A stretch of 64,000 bases of DNA, from contig JALUTT010000144.1 in the NCBI GenBank assembly GCA_027021705.1, forward strand, positions 1 to 64,000, written 5' to 3'. This document shows, in pieces, positions 18,830 to 31,100 of the stretch; position 1 is the stretch's first letter; every line of letters begins with the position of its first letter. This DNA comes from Anaerolineae bacterium (GTDB taxonomy: Bacteria > Chloroflexota > Anaerolineae > S140-20). The notes under the pieces were generated by a model. It saw only the letters and a list, made by a program, of their open reading frames with translations, was not told the origin of the DNA and ran no database searches. The position numbers and the translations under genes are program-made.

Positions 18830-19681
18830 ATGAGCATCCGGGTGGGCATCCTGCACTCCCGCATCCGGGTGGAGGAGAAGCTGATCTTGGCGGCCCTGGA
18901 GGCGCGGGGCATCGCCTACGAGATGATAGACGACCGACGGGTGATCTTCGACCTCCACGAGAACGGCTTCCGGCGCTTCGACGTGGTGCTGGAGCGGTGC
19001 ATCAACCACTCCCGCGCCCTCTACGCCCTGCGCATCCTCAACGACTGGGGGGTGCGGACGGTCAACACCTACCCGGTGGCGCTGACCTGCGGCAACAAGC
19101 TGGAGACGACCTCGGCGCTGATTCGGGCCGGCGTTCCCACTCCCCGCACCCGCGTCGCTTTCACCCCCCAGTCCGCCCTGGAGGCCATCGAGGAGATGGG
19201 CTATCCGGTGGTGCTCAAGCCTGCCGTCGGCTCCTGGGGCCGGCTCCTGGCCAAGGTGAACGACCGGGAAGCTGCCGAGGCCCTGCTGGAGCACAAGCAG
19301 GTCCTGGGCAGCTACCACCACTCCATCTTCTACATCCAGGAGTACATCCCCAAGCCGAAGCGGGACATCCGTGCCTTCGTCATCGGCGACGAGACGGTGG
19401 CTGCCATCTACCGTCACGCCGACCACTGGATCACCAACACCGCCCGGGGCGGGCGGGCTGCACCCTGCCCGGTGACGCCGGAGCTCAATGCCCTCTGCGT
19501 CCAGGCGGCCCGCGCCGTCGGCGGCGGCATCCTGGGCGTGGACCTGCTGGAGGACCCGGAGCGGGGGCTGCTGGTCAACGAGGTGAACTACACCATCGAG
19601 TTCCGCAACAGCATCCGCACCACCGGCGTGGACATCCCCGCCCTGATGGTGGACTACTTGGTCCGGGTGGCCTGGGGGTAG
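18830..19681 (+). CDS. lysX: Alpha-aminoadipate-LysW ligase (ATP-grasp)
   Basis: [45 protein letters not shown]. Confidence 0.95.
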   Translation: MSIRVGILHSRIRVEEKLILAALEARGIAYEMIDDRRVIFDLHENGFRRFDVVLERCINHSRALYALRILNDWGVRTVNTYPVALTCGNKLETTSALIRAGVPTPRTRVAFTPQSALEAIEEMGYPVVLKPAVGSWGRLLAKVNDREAAEALLEHKQVLGSYHHSIFYIQEYIPKPKRDIRAFVIGDETVAAIYRHADHWITNTARGGRAAPCPVTPELNALCVQAARAVGGGILGVDLLEDPERGLLVNEVNYTIEFRNSIRTTGVDIPALMVDYLVRVAWG

Positions 19682-19685
19682 GTCG

Positions 19686-20747
19686 GTGGTGGTTGAGGGA
19701 GGCCCCATCACCGTCTCCATCGTGGGGGGGACGGGGTACGCCGGCGGGGAGTTGCTGCGGCTGCTCCTCGGCCACCCCCACGTCCGGGTGGGCCAGGTGA
19801 CCTCCCGGCAGCAGGCCGGCCGTCCCATCCACGCCGTCCACCCCAACCTGCGGGGGGTGACGGGCCGCCCACCCCTCCGCTTCGTCGCGCCGGAGGCGCT
19901 GGAGCCCTGCGACCTGCTCTTCCTGGCCCTGCCCCACGGCGAGGCCCAGACCCGCATCGCCGCCTTCGCCGCCCTGGCCCCCCGGCTGGTGGACCTCTCG
20001 GCCGACTTCCGGCTGCGGGACCCGGCCCTCTACCGGCGCTGGTACGGCGCGGACCACCGGGCCCCCGACTGGTTGCCCCGCTTCGTCTACGGGCTGCCGG
20101 AGGTGAACCGGGCGGCGATCCAGGCGGCCCGCTACGTCAGCGGCGTGGGCTGCAACGCCACGGCTACCATCCTGGCCCTGCTCCCCTTCGTCCGCGCCGG
20201 CCTGCTGGATCCGACGCGCCCGATCGTCGTAGACCTCAAGGTGGGCTCCTCCGAGGGGGGGAGCCGGCCCACCCCGGCCTCCCACCATCCCGAGCGCAGC
20301 GGCGTCGTCCGCTCCTACGCCCCCGTCGGCCATCGCCACACCGCCGAGGTGATCCAGGCCCTGGGGCTGGAGGAGGTCCACCTCTCGGCGACGGCCGTGG
20401 AGATGGTGCGGGGGGTCCTGGCGACGGCCCACCTCTGGGTGCGGGAGCCGGTCACGGAGCGGGACCTGTGGCGCGTCTACCGGGAGTGCTACGCCGGGGA
20501 GCCCTTCGTGCGCATCGTCCACGAGCGGCGGGGCCTCTACCGCCACCCGGAGCCCAAGCTCCTGGTCGGGAGCAACTTCTGCGACGTGGGCTTCGCCCTG
20601 GCGGAGGACGGCCGGCGGGTGGTGGCCCTGGCGGCGTTGGACAACCTGGTGAAGGGGGCGGCCGGCACCGCCGTCCAGGCGATGAACCTGATGATGGGCT
20701 GGCCGGAGACGACAGGCCTGACCTTCCCCGGCCTGCATCCGGTGTAA
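19686..20747 (+). CDS. lysY: LysW-aminoadipyl-phosphate reductase (ArgC family)
   Basis: GGTGYAGGELLRLL, DLSADFRL, GCNATA, HHPERSG, DNLVKGAAG. Confidence 0.93.
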   Translation: MVVEGGPITVSIVGGTGYAGGELLRLLLGHPHVRVGQVTSRQQAGRPIHAVHPNLRGVTGRPPLRFVAPEALEPCDLLFLALPHGEAQTRIAAFAALAPRLVDLSADFRLRDPALYRRWYGADHRAPDWLPRFVYGLPEVNRAAIQAARYVSGVGCNATATILALLPFVRAGLLDPTRPIVVDLKVGSSEGGSRPTPASHHPERSGVVRSYAPVGHRHTAEVIQALGLEEVHLSATAVEMVRGVLATAHLWVREPVTERDLWRVYRECYAGEPFVRIVHERRGLYRHPEPKLLVGSNFCDVGFALAEDGRRVVALAALDNLVKGAAGTAVQAMNLMMGWPETTGLTFPGLHPV

Positions 20748-20754
20748 GGGGGAG

Positions 20755-20920
20755 GTCCTCAGTCCTCGGTCCTCAGTCCTCAGTCCGTCCTTCGGTCGGG
20801 TGGTCGCTTGGTCGGGTGGTCGCTTGGTCAGGTGGTCCTCAGTCCTCGGTCCTCAGTCCGCCGCTAGGCCGCTATGCCGCTAGGCCGCTAGGCCGCCGGT
20901 CGCTAAGCCGCTGAGCCGCT
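20755..20920. repeat. Composite 7/8-mer tandem array (CCTCAGT, GGTCGCTT, GCCGCTAG); inverted copy at 23153-23382
   Basis: Direct reading; block order is mirrored in the second copy. Confidence 0.9.
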
Positions 20921-20943
20921 TGATCGGCGGTCTGCGGTCGGTA

Positions 20944-21045
20944 TACCCTCCCGCAGGTCAACGGCCGAGGGCGCTTTCAGCCCCGACGGGCTGTTTGAAG
21001 CACGGTTTCGCGTCGGAAACGCGCCCAACCTGCGGAAGGGTGAAC
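20944..21045. repeat. Repeat family B, inverted copy
   Basis: Reverse complement of 18511-18612 with some substitutions. Confidence 0.85.
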
Positions 21046-21065
21046 GACAAGAGGAGGAGAACGCA

Positions 21066-21911
21066 ATGACCCTTTTGGTAGTCAAGGTGGGAGGGAGCGC
21101 CGGGATTGACCTGGAGGCGGTCTGCGACGACGTGGCGGCGCTGGTGGCCGACGGCCGGCCGCTGGTCCTGGTCCACGGCGGCTCCCACCGGACCAACGAG
21201 GTGGCGGAGCAACTGGGCCATCCCCCCCAGTTCGTCACCTCCCCCTCCGGCCACGTGAGCCGGCGCACCGACCGCCGGACGCTGGAGATCTTCGAGATGG
21301 TCTACTGCGGCCAGGTGAACAAGGGGCTGGTCGAAGCTCTCCAGCGGCGGGGGGTCAATGCCCTGGGCCTCTCCGGGCTGGACGGGCGGCTCTGGGTCGG
21401 GCCGCGCAAGAAGGTGCTGCGCATCGTGGACGAGCGGGGCCGACGGCGGGTGCTGCGGGACGACTACACGGGGCGCGTCCGGGAGGTGAACGCCGACCTG
21501 CTCAGGATGCTCTTGGCGGCCGGCTACACCCCCGTCCTCACCCCGCCGGCCCTCAGCGACGAGGGGGAGGCGATCAACGTGGACGGGGACCGGGCGGCGG
21601 CGGCCACGGCGGTCGCCCTGGGGGCGGAACGGCTCATCATCCTCTCCAACGTCCCCGGCCTGCTGCGGGCCTTCCCCGACGAGAGCACCCTCATTCGCTC
21701 GGTGCCCGCCGATCGGGTCGAGGCCCTCTTCGAGGTGGCCCAAGGGCGGATGAAGAAGAAGGTCCTGGGCGCTCAAGAGGCCCTGGCCGGCGGCGTGCGC
21801 CAGGTCATCTTCGCCGATGGCCGGGTGGCCCACCCCATCCGCCGGGCGCTGGCGGGGGAGGGGACGGTGATTGGGGGGGACGGTGAGGCGACGGGGGGGG
21901 TGAGGGGATGA
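21066..21911 (+). CDS. lysZ: LysW-aminoadipate kinase (ArgB family)
   Basis: VVKVGGS, VHGGS, SRRTDRRTLE, NVDGDRAAA, GRMKKK. Confidence 0.95.
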   Translation: MTLLVVKVGGSAGIDLEAVCDDVAALVADGRPLVLVHGGSHRTNEVAEQLGHPPQFVTSPSGHVSRRTDRRTLEIFEMVYCGQVNKGLVEALQRRGVNALGLSGLDGRLWVGPRKKVLRIVDERGRRRVLRDDYTGRVREVNADLLRMLLAAGYTPVLTPPALSDEGEAINVDGDRAAAATAVALGAERLIILSNVPGLLRAFPDESTLIRSVPADRVEALFEVAQGRMKKKVLGAQEALAGGVRQVIFADGRVAHPIRRALAGEGTVIGGDGEATGGVRG

Positions 21912-23152
21912 GGCAACGAGGAGGAGGTGAGGGGATGAGGCAACGAGGCAATGGGTACGCGGTGGGGCCGGGGCACCGGGCTGCGGAGCTGGCCTCGGGG
22001 GTCTACCCGCAGCGGGGGATCACGCTGGTTCGGGGGGAGGATGTCTGGGTGTGGGACGACACGGGGCGGGCCTATCTGGACTGCCTGGCCGGCCACGGCG
22101 TCGCCATCCTGGGCCACGGCCACCCGGCCCTGGTCGCCGCCATCGCCGAGCAGGCGGAACGGCTCATCACCTGCCCGGGCACCTTCGCCAACGATGTGCG
22201 GACCCGCCTGATGGCGGCGCTGATCCGTCGGGCTCCGCCGGGCATCGAGCGGGTCTTCCTCTGCAACTCCGGGGCCGAGGCGGTGGAAGCGGCCCTCAAG
22301 TTCGCCCGGCTGAGGACGGGGCGGCCCGGCATCGTCGCAGCCCGGGGCAGCTTCCACGGGCGGACGCTGGGAGCCCTCTCCGTGACCGGACGGCGGGTCT
22401 ACCGGGAGCCCTTCGAGCCGCTGCTTCCCGGCGTCACCTTCGTGCCCTACAACGACTCGGCGGCCCTGGAGGCGGCGGTGGACGAGGGGACGGCGGCGGT
22501 GATCCTGGAGCCGATCCAAGGGGAGGGGGGCGTCCGACCGGGCGACGATGCCTACCTCCGCCGGGCCGAGGCCCTCTGTCGGGAGCGGGGTGCCCTCTTC
22601 ATCCTGGACGAGGTGCAGACGGGGATGGGGCGGACAGGCCGCTTCCTGGCGGGGGAGCACGCCGGCCTGAGGCCCGACCTGGTCTGTCTGGCCAAGGGGT
22701 TGGCCGGCGGGGTGCCGATGGGGGCGGTCCTCATCGGCGAGCGGGTGGGCCGGCTGCCTCCCCTCAGCCACGGGTCCACCTTCGGCGGCAACCCCCTAGC
22801 CTGCGCCGCAGCCCTGGCCACGCTGGAGACGCTGGAGCAGGAGGACCTGGTCGCCCGGGCCGACCGCCTGGGTCGCTGGTTCCAGGGGGCGCTCCGGCAG
22901 GTCGTGGCTGACTACCCGGCCCTCCTGCGGGAGGTGCGGGGGCGGGGGCTGATGGTGGGCGTTGTGCTGCGCCGGCGGGTCACCCCGCTGCTGCGGGCCC
23001 TCCAGGAGGGGGTGGACGGTGCGACGCCGGTGCTGGCCCTGCCGGCCGGCAAGACCGTCCTCCGTTTCCTCCCCCCCCTCATCGTCGGCCAGGGGGAGCT
23101 GGCCCAGGTGGTTGAGGCCCTGCGCCGGGCCTGTGCCCGAATGACCGCCGAT

Positions 23153-23155
<3 letters not shown>
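21908..23155 (+). CDS. lysJ: LysW-aminoadipate semialdehyde aminotransferase (class III PLP); alternative start 21935
   Basis: NSGAEAVEAA.K, SFHGRTLG, EPIQGEGG, DEVQTGMGRTG, AKGLAGG, HGSTFGGNP. Confidence 0.9.
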
Positions 23156-24599
<1,444 letters not shown>

Positions 24600-24609
24600 G
24601 CTTCATCCC

Positions 24610-25197
24610 ATGCCTCTGAGCGATGCGGAACGATGGGACGCCCGCTACCGCCAACGGGGCTCCCTCTACACCCGAACAGAACCGGTCCCCTTCTTGGTGG
24701 CCTGTGCCCCTCACCTGCCAACGGAGGGCCGGGCGCTGGACCTCGCCTGCGGGGCCGGGCGAAACGCCCTCTTCCTGGCCCGGCGGGGGTTCCAGGTGCT
24801 GGGGGTGGACATCTCCGAGGCCGGATTGCGGCTGGCCCAAGCACGGGCCCGCGCCCAAGGGCTCTCCCTCTGGCTGGTCCGGGCCGACCTCACCCGTTTC
24901 GGCCTCCCGCCGGCCACCTTCGACGTCGTGGTCAACCTCTACTACCTGGAACGCCGGCTCTTCCCCCTCATCCGTTCCGTCCTGCGGCCTGGGGGCTGGA
25001 TCGTCTTCGAGAGCTTCACCCAGGAGGAGCGGAAGCAGCGCCCGGAGATCCCGCCGGCCTACCTGCTGGCCCCTGGGGAGCTGCGGGCGGCCTTCGCCGA
25101 TTGGGAGATCGTCGTCTATCGGGAGGGGATCGTGCGCGGGCGCAGCGGGCGGCTCAAGGCCGTCGCCAGCCTGCTGGCCCGGGTGCCTGAACGGTGA
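24610..25197 (+). CDS. Class I SAM methyltransferase (TehB-like)
   Basis: WDARY, ALDLACGAGRNALFLA, YLER, LRPGG. Confidence 0.85.
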   Translation: MPLSDAERWDARYRQRGSLYTRTEPVPFLVACAPHLPTEGRALDLACGAGRNALFLARRGFQVLGVDISEAGLRLAQARARAQGLSLWLVRADLTRFGLPPATFDVVVNLYYLERRLFPLIRSVLRPGGWIVFESFTQEERKQRPEIPPAYLLAPGELRAAFADWEIVVYREGIVRGRSGRLKAVASLLARVPER

Positions 25198-25244
25198 GGT
25201 GCAGGGTGCGACCCGCTTCGACAGAGCCTCGCTCCGAATCCCGA

Positions 25245-28151
25245 ATGGCCTCCATAGCCTCCCTGGGCCTCTTCCTCCTCTTCGCCCTCTTGGTCTACGC
25301 GCCCCTGGTGCTGACCAACCGCATCGTGGGGCGGGGGGACCTGCTCACCTACTTCTACCCCTACCGCGACTACGCCTCTTCGGTTCTTCGCTCCGGTCGT
25401 CTGCCCCTCTGGAACCCCTACCTGTTTATGGGCGTTCCCTTCCTGGCCAACTCCCAGGCCGGCGTCCTTTACCCCCTCAACCTCCTGCTCGTCGGGCTGC
25501 CCGTCACCCGGGCCGTGAACCTGAGCATCGCCGGCCACGCCTTCCTGGCCGCGTTGGGGAGCTTCCTGCTGGCCCGGCGGCTGGGCCTGGGGCGGTCGGC
25601 AGCGGTTCTCTCCGGCCTCCTCTTCGGCTTCGGCGGCACCCTCACCGCCCAGGCGGAGCACCTGAACCAGCTCCAGGGGCTGGCCTGGCTCCCCTGGCTC
25701 CTCTGGCTCTACGGGCGCACCCGGCGTTCCCCCGGCCGGGGAGGCCTCGGTGCGGGCCGCATCGCCCCCGCTGCCGTGGTCCTGGCCCTCCAGCTCTTGG
25801 CCGGCCACACCCAGTCCGCCTTCATCAGCCTGGTCGGGCTGACGGCCTGGGCACTGGCCGAGGGGTGGGACGACTTCCGGCGCGGTGCCGGCCTCCGCCG
25901 GGGGCCGGGGGAGCGGCTGGTGGCGGTGGGAGGGATCGCCGGGCTAGGGGGGCTGCTGGCGGCGGCCCAGGTGCTGCCCACCTGGGAGCTCTCCCGGCTC
26001 TCCATCCGGGCGGGGGGGCTTCCCTACCGGGAGGCAGCTTCCTTCTCGTTGCGGCCCGGCCTGGTGGGGCTGGCGCTGCTCCCCGACTGGAGCGGGACCC
26101 TCTTCCCGGAGTTCGTCGCCTATCTGGGCGTCGTCGGCCTGGCCCTCGCCGTCGTCGGAGCCCTGGCCCGGCCAAGGGACGGTGCCGCCGACCGGACGCA
26201 AGGGAGGTCGTGGCGACCGGTCCTGGGGCTGACCTTCCTGGGTCTCTTCCTGGCTCTGGGAGGCTACAACCCGGCCTACTTCCTCCTGTACAAGCTGGTG
26301 CCCGGCTTCGCCCTCTTCCGGGCCCCGGCCCGCTGGCTGGTCCTCTACAGCCTGGGGGCGGCGCTCCTGGCTGGTCGGGGGGCCGAGAGCCTGCTGCGGG
26401 GGGAGGGGCTGGACCGCCGCCGGTGGCGAGGGCTGGCCCTGGTCGCGCTGGGGCTGGCCCTGCTGGTCGGCGTGGGCGAGCGGCCGGCCGCCGTCTCACT
26501 GCGCGGCTGGGGGATCGCGGCCCTGCTGGCCCTGGGGTTGCTCCTGGCCCTGGACCGCCTTCTTCGCCCTCCTTCGCCGCGCCTTCGCCCGATGGGAGTC
26601 GCCTTGCTGCTCCTGGCCGTCGGCGGCGAGCTCCTCCTGGCCTCCCGCCGTCTTCCCATCCACCGGGCCACCGCTCCCGAGGCCCTCACCGGCCTGCGAC
26701 CGGCCATCGCCACCCTCCTGGCCCATCAGCCCGCGTCGCCGGAGCCCCCGGCCCGCTTTCTCAGCCTCTCCGACATCTTCTTCGACCCCGGCGACCTGGC
26801 CGAGATCCACGCCGCCCTGGACCCCCAATTGCCCCCCGAGGCCGTCTACGACTACGTCATTGCCACCAAGCAGAAGGAAGTTCTGGCCCCCAACCTGCCC
26901 CTCTACTTCCGGGTACCGGCCGCCGACGGCTACGACGGCGGGGTGCTCCCCCTGCGGGCCTACGTCACCCTGGAACGGCTCTTCCTGCCCGAGGAGGCGG
27001 TGTCCATAGACGGGCGGCTGCGGGAGAACCTGGACCGGGTGCCGCCGGGGCGCTGGCTCAGCCTCTTCAACGTCCGCTACGTCATCACCGACAAGACGGG
27101 CGACGCCTGGTACGATGACGTCTTCTACGACCTGCAGCACGGGGCACGGCTGGGGGAGGGGGGCGTCGCCGAGGCGGCGGTCGGGTACGTGCCCACCTTC
27201 CCGGCGACGGCGCTGGGGGTGGTCTACCGCCCGGCGGAGCCCGTCGAAGCAACCCGCCGGTCGGCCCCCATGGTCGAGGCCGTTGTCACCTTCCGCGATG
27301 GGGGGGAGGTCCGGCTGCCGCTCCGGGCCGGCGACGGTCAGCCGGCCGGGCCGGATTGGGTGGCCCGGCTGCGCTGGGGGGAGGCCCGTCAGCCCACCGC
27401 CATCCGCTTCCGGGCCAGCGACGGCCTGCCCGTCCTCCTGCGGGGGGTGAGCCTGGTGGACGAGCGGACCGGGGCCTTCCTCTCCCTGGTCCTCTCCGAT
27501 CGGGGGCGCTACCGGCTGATCCACTCGGGCGACGTGAAAATCTACGAGAATCTGGAGGTGCTGCCCCGCGCCTTCTGGGTCTGCCGGGCCGTCTCGGCCC
27601 CCGATGAGGCGGCGGCCCTGTCCCAGATGCGGGCGCCTGACTTCGATCCCCGGCGAGAGGTGGTGCTGATGGGAGCCTCGGAGCCGGGGAGGGGCTGTTC
27701 GGAGGATGCCCCAACGGCCCGTGTGACCTTCGTGGACTACGAGCCGGAGCGGGTGGAGGTACTGGTCGAAGCCCCGGTCTCCGGTTGGCTGGTGCTGACC
27801 GACGGCTGGTATCCGGGCTGGCAGGCCCGGGTGGATGGTGAGCGAGTGACCGTGGAGCGGGCTAACATCCTCTTTCGGGCGGTCGCCGTGCCCGCCGGTC
27901 GGCACCGGGTCACCTTTGCCTATCGTCCTGGTAGCGTCTTGGCGGGGTTCGTGGTCAGCCTGATGGGGTGGGGTGGGCTGGGTGGGGTGTGGTGGCGGTT
28001 ACGGGGGCGGAAGGGTAAGTGTTCCCCCGGTCCGCGATCGCCTGAAGCAGTTCCTCCCGCGCGGCAAGAAGGGCTTTTCGCTGGTTCTGGCGGTGCCGCC
28101 GGTCCCCCGCCGTCAGCGTCGGGGAGCGCTCCAGGACCTCCAAGACGGTGA
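25245..28151 (+). CDS. YfhO-family membrane protein
   Basis: D...YFYP, LPLWNPYLFMG.PFLAN.Q, ENL.VLPRAF, YPGWQARVDG, G.HRV.F.YRP. Confidence 0.85.
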   Translation: MASIASLGLFLLFALLVYAPLVLTNRIVGRGDLLTYFYPYRDYASSVLRSGRLPLWNPYLFMGVPFLANSQAGVLYPLNLLLVGLPVTRAVNLSIAGHAFLAALGSFLLARRLGLGRSAAVLSGLLFGFGGTLTAQAEHLNQLQGLAWLPWLLWLYGRTRRSPGRGGLGAGRIAPAAVVLALQLLAGHTQSAFISLVGLTAWALAEGWDDFRRGAGLRRGPGERLVAVGGIAGLGGLLAAAQVLPTWELSRLSIRAGGLPYREAASFSLRPGLVGLALLPDWSGTLFPEFVAYLGVVGLALAVVGALARPRDGAADRTQGRSWRPVLGLTFLGLFLALGGYNPAYFLLYKLVPGFALFRAPARWLVLYSLGAALLAGRGAESLLRGEGLDRRRWRGLALVALGLALLVGVGERPAAVSLRGWGIAALLALGLLLALDRLLRPPSPRLRPMGVALLLLAVGGELLLASRRLPIHRATAPEALTGLRPAIATLLAHQPASPEPPARFLSLSDIFFDPGDLAEIHAALDPQLPPEAVYDYVIATKQKEVLAPNLPLYFRVPAADGYDGGVLPLRAYVTLERLFLPEEAVSIDGRLRENLDRVPPGRWLSLFNVRYVITDKTGDAWYDDVFYDLQHGARLGEGGVAEAAVGYVPTFPATALGVVYRPAEPVEATRRSAPMVEAVVTFRDGGEVRLPLRAGDGQPAGPDWVARLRWGEARQPTAIRFRASDGLPVLLRGVSLVDERTGAFLSLVLSDRGRYRLIHSGDVKIYENLEVLPRAFWVCRAVSAPDEAAALSQMRAPDFDPRREVVLMGASEPGRGCSEDAPTARVTFVDYEPERVEVLVEAPVSGWLVLTDGWYPGWQARVDGERVTVERANILFRAVAVPAGRHRVTFAYRPGSVLAGFVVSLMGWGGLGGVWWRLRGRKGKCSPGPRSPEAVPPARQEGLFAGSGGAAGPPPSASGSAPGPPRR

Positions 28152-31100
28152 GGGCCTGGTCGTAGTAGTGCAGCGCTTCCACGTCGGCGTAGAGGGCCCG
28201 AGCCTTGCGCCCGCTCCACAGGAGATAGTTCAGCGCCTTGTCGTGCTCACCGGCCTGGATGAAGTGGTGGGCTAGGTCGGGGATCACCTGTTCCAGGACG
28301 TTGGCCGGCTTCCGCTCCAGGGCGTGCCCCACGTGGCGGTGCAGCCGAGAGCGGACGATGGAAAGCATCTCGGCGTAGAGGACCTGGCGCACCAGGGGGT
28401 GGGTGAAGCGTAGCACCACCCGGGTGCCGCCGTTCAGCTCTTCTTCGCTTACTCGCAGGACCTGCAGGTCCAGCACTTCGTCCAGGCCCAGCAGCACTTC
28501 TTCTTCCTTGCGGCCCGTCGCGGCGATCAGCAGGTTCATCTCGAACTCGAAGCCCAAGACGGCGGCGTGGCGCAGCAAGTCCAGGGCCTCCTCAGAGAGG
28601 GATTCCAGACGATGCAGGACCAGCTCGTCCAAGGTGGCCGGGGTGAGGGATTCCACCTGGCGGCGGTTGCGCCCCTGCTGGGGACGCTGGAGGTAAGCCC
28701 GCACCATCTCTTCGATGTAGAGGGGGTTGCCCTCTGTCTCCCCGTACAGCCAGAGGGCGAAATCGGGGGGCACCTGGCCGGGACCGGTGATCTCCAGCGT
28801 CATCTGGTGGACGGCGACGGGACCCAGCCGGGAGAGGCGGATGAGATCCACACCCGGCAATCCTGTCACTCGGTTCAGCCATTCTTGCAGCGGGCGATCT
28901 TCTTCCAGGTCGTCCCGATAGGTGACGCAGAAGAGGACCCGGGGGAGGTTGGCCCGGACCAGGTACTCCAGCAGGGCCAGGGTGGAGAGGCTGGCTGCTT
29001 CCAAGTCTTCAAGGATGAAGAGGACCGGTTGACGCTCGGCCAACTGTTCGAGGAAGTGCTTCATCCCCTCGAAGAGGCGTTGCTGCCCTGATGTGGGGTA
29101 GCCAGCGGTGTTGCCCTCGGGGTGGGAGGGCCTGGGCGCGGCCTGGGCTTCGGGGATGAGCCGGGGCAGTTCGGGGCTGGAGGCGAGGAAATCGCTCAGC
29201 AGTAGGATGTCTCCCGGATTGCGGCGCAGGTGGTGGCGGATGGCGTCAATGAAGGGACGGTAGGGGAAGAGGCTCCCCGGTTCCACCTCGCGCCCCGTCA
29301 GGATGGTGTAGCCCTGGACTCGGGCGATCATCTCTTGGAGGAGGCGGGTCTTGCCGATGCCCGGCTCCCCGGTGATCAGGACCAGTCCCCCGCCGCCCAG
29401 GAGGGTGTCCTGGACCCGCTCCAGGAGCCGGGCGATCTCTGCCTCGCGGCCCAGGAGGGGAAGCATCGGCCCGACGGAGAGCAGTCCCTCCAGCACCCGG
29501 CGCAAGGAGGCCGCCGAGGGGTAGCGAGCGTCGGGGTCCCGAGCCATCAGCCGCAGGACGACGTGGGCCAGGGGGGCGGCCAGATCGGGTCGCCGGCGTC
29601 GTGGGTCGGGCGGAGCCTGATGCAGCTTGGCTGTGAGGAGCGCCTCCTCGCTGGAAGAGGCGGCGAAGGGGCTGTGGCCGGTCAGCATCTCGTATAGGAG
29701 GGCCCCCAGCGCGTAGAGGTCAGAGGCCGGCCCCACAGTGCGTCCCTGAAGCTGCTCTGGCGAAAGGTAGATGGGCGAGCCGACGTAGGCGGGCACCTTG
29801 TCGAGAGGGCGGTCGGTCAGGGGGCGGTTCAGCCCAAAGTCCAGCAGGCGGACCTGACCGTTCTCCTGGATCAGGATCGTCTCCGGGGCCAGGCCCCGGT
29901 GGAGGGCCCCCCGCTGATGGGCGTGCTCCAGCGCCGAGGTGATCTCCAGGGCGATTTGGAAGGCCTGGCGGACCGGCAGAGGGCGGTGATCCTCCAGCAT
30001 CTCCCGCAGCGAGCGCCCCGGCGTGTACTCCATCACCAGGTAGTGCAGCTCCTCCGCCTTCCCCATTTCGTACAGGGTGGCGATGTGGGGATGTCGCAGG
30101 CTGCGGCACGCCTCGGCGGCGGCGAGGAAGCGCTTGATCGCCCGTTCTCCCCAGGAGGGGGAGAGCACCTTGAGGGTGACCAGCCGGTTGAGGTGGTGGT
30201 CCAGGGCCTTGTAGGTGGTGCCCCACAGGTCCCGGCTGATCAGGGCCTGGACCTCGTACCGCTCGTCCAGCGTCTGGCCGGGGACGAGGGGGATGCGGTG
30301 GCGCATCGCCTCCTTGGCCTCATCAACGGTCTCGTAGAGGGCCAGGATTCCCTCGCTGTCCATCCGCCGGAGGGCGCGGCGCACGTCCCAGGAAGGGTTG
30401 GCCAGGGCTAGGGCCTCCAGGTGCTGGCAACTACGCAGGATGGCCTGCAGGCCGGCAGCGTCCAGGTGAACCACTTCCCCCAGGTCCAGGATCACCCGGG
30501 AGGGCTCTCGGGTGCTCACCTCCTGTAGCGCCTGTTCCAGTTGGGGGGCCCGCTGGGCGTTGAGCCGGCCCGCGAGGGCCAGGATGGTGAACGGTCCCTC
30601 CTGCCGCCGGTCAATGGTCAGCCGGGCCTCCCGGTAGAGGTCCAACTCCAGGCCGTCGTAGGCGACCATGATCTCGCAGGGGGAGCGGGAGTAGTCCTTG
30701 GCTTGGTAGTTCTGGGCATCCTGCAGGATGGTCCAGATCTCCTCGTCGGTGTAGGTGGGGTCGTGGTGGAAGAGGAGCAGACGGCGCACGTTGGCCAGTG
30801 TGGCGATGTCCACGCCGATGATGGCGTTGCTGTGCCCCCAGTCTTCCTTGATCAGGGACTCCCGCAGGGTGAACATCGCATCGAAGATGAGGACGTCAGC
30901 GTCCCGGAAGAATTCAACGAAGTGGCGGGTGCCTGCCTGGTCCAAACGCTTATACTCGTTGTCGGCCGCGTAGACGACGCAGGCTTCGTCGTCCTCGATG
31001 CGGTAGCCGTAGGAGTTCCCCGGATGGTTGAGGCGGATGTTGCGGATGCGGGTGTTCCCCAAGGTGACGGTCTCTCCCTCCTGGAGGGAGATGAAGTGGA

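Noticed and set aside
24623..27118. 831-aa plus-strand ORF
   Set aside because: Pro/Arg/Gly-rich off-frame shadow of the methyltransferase and YfhO genes
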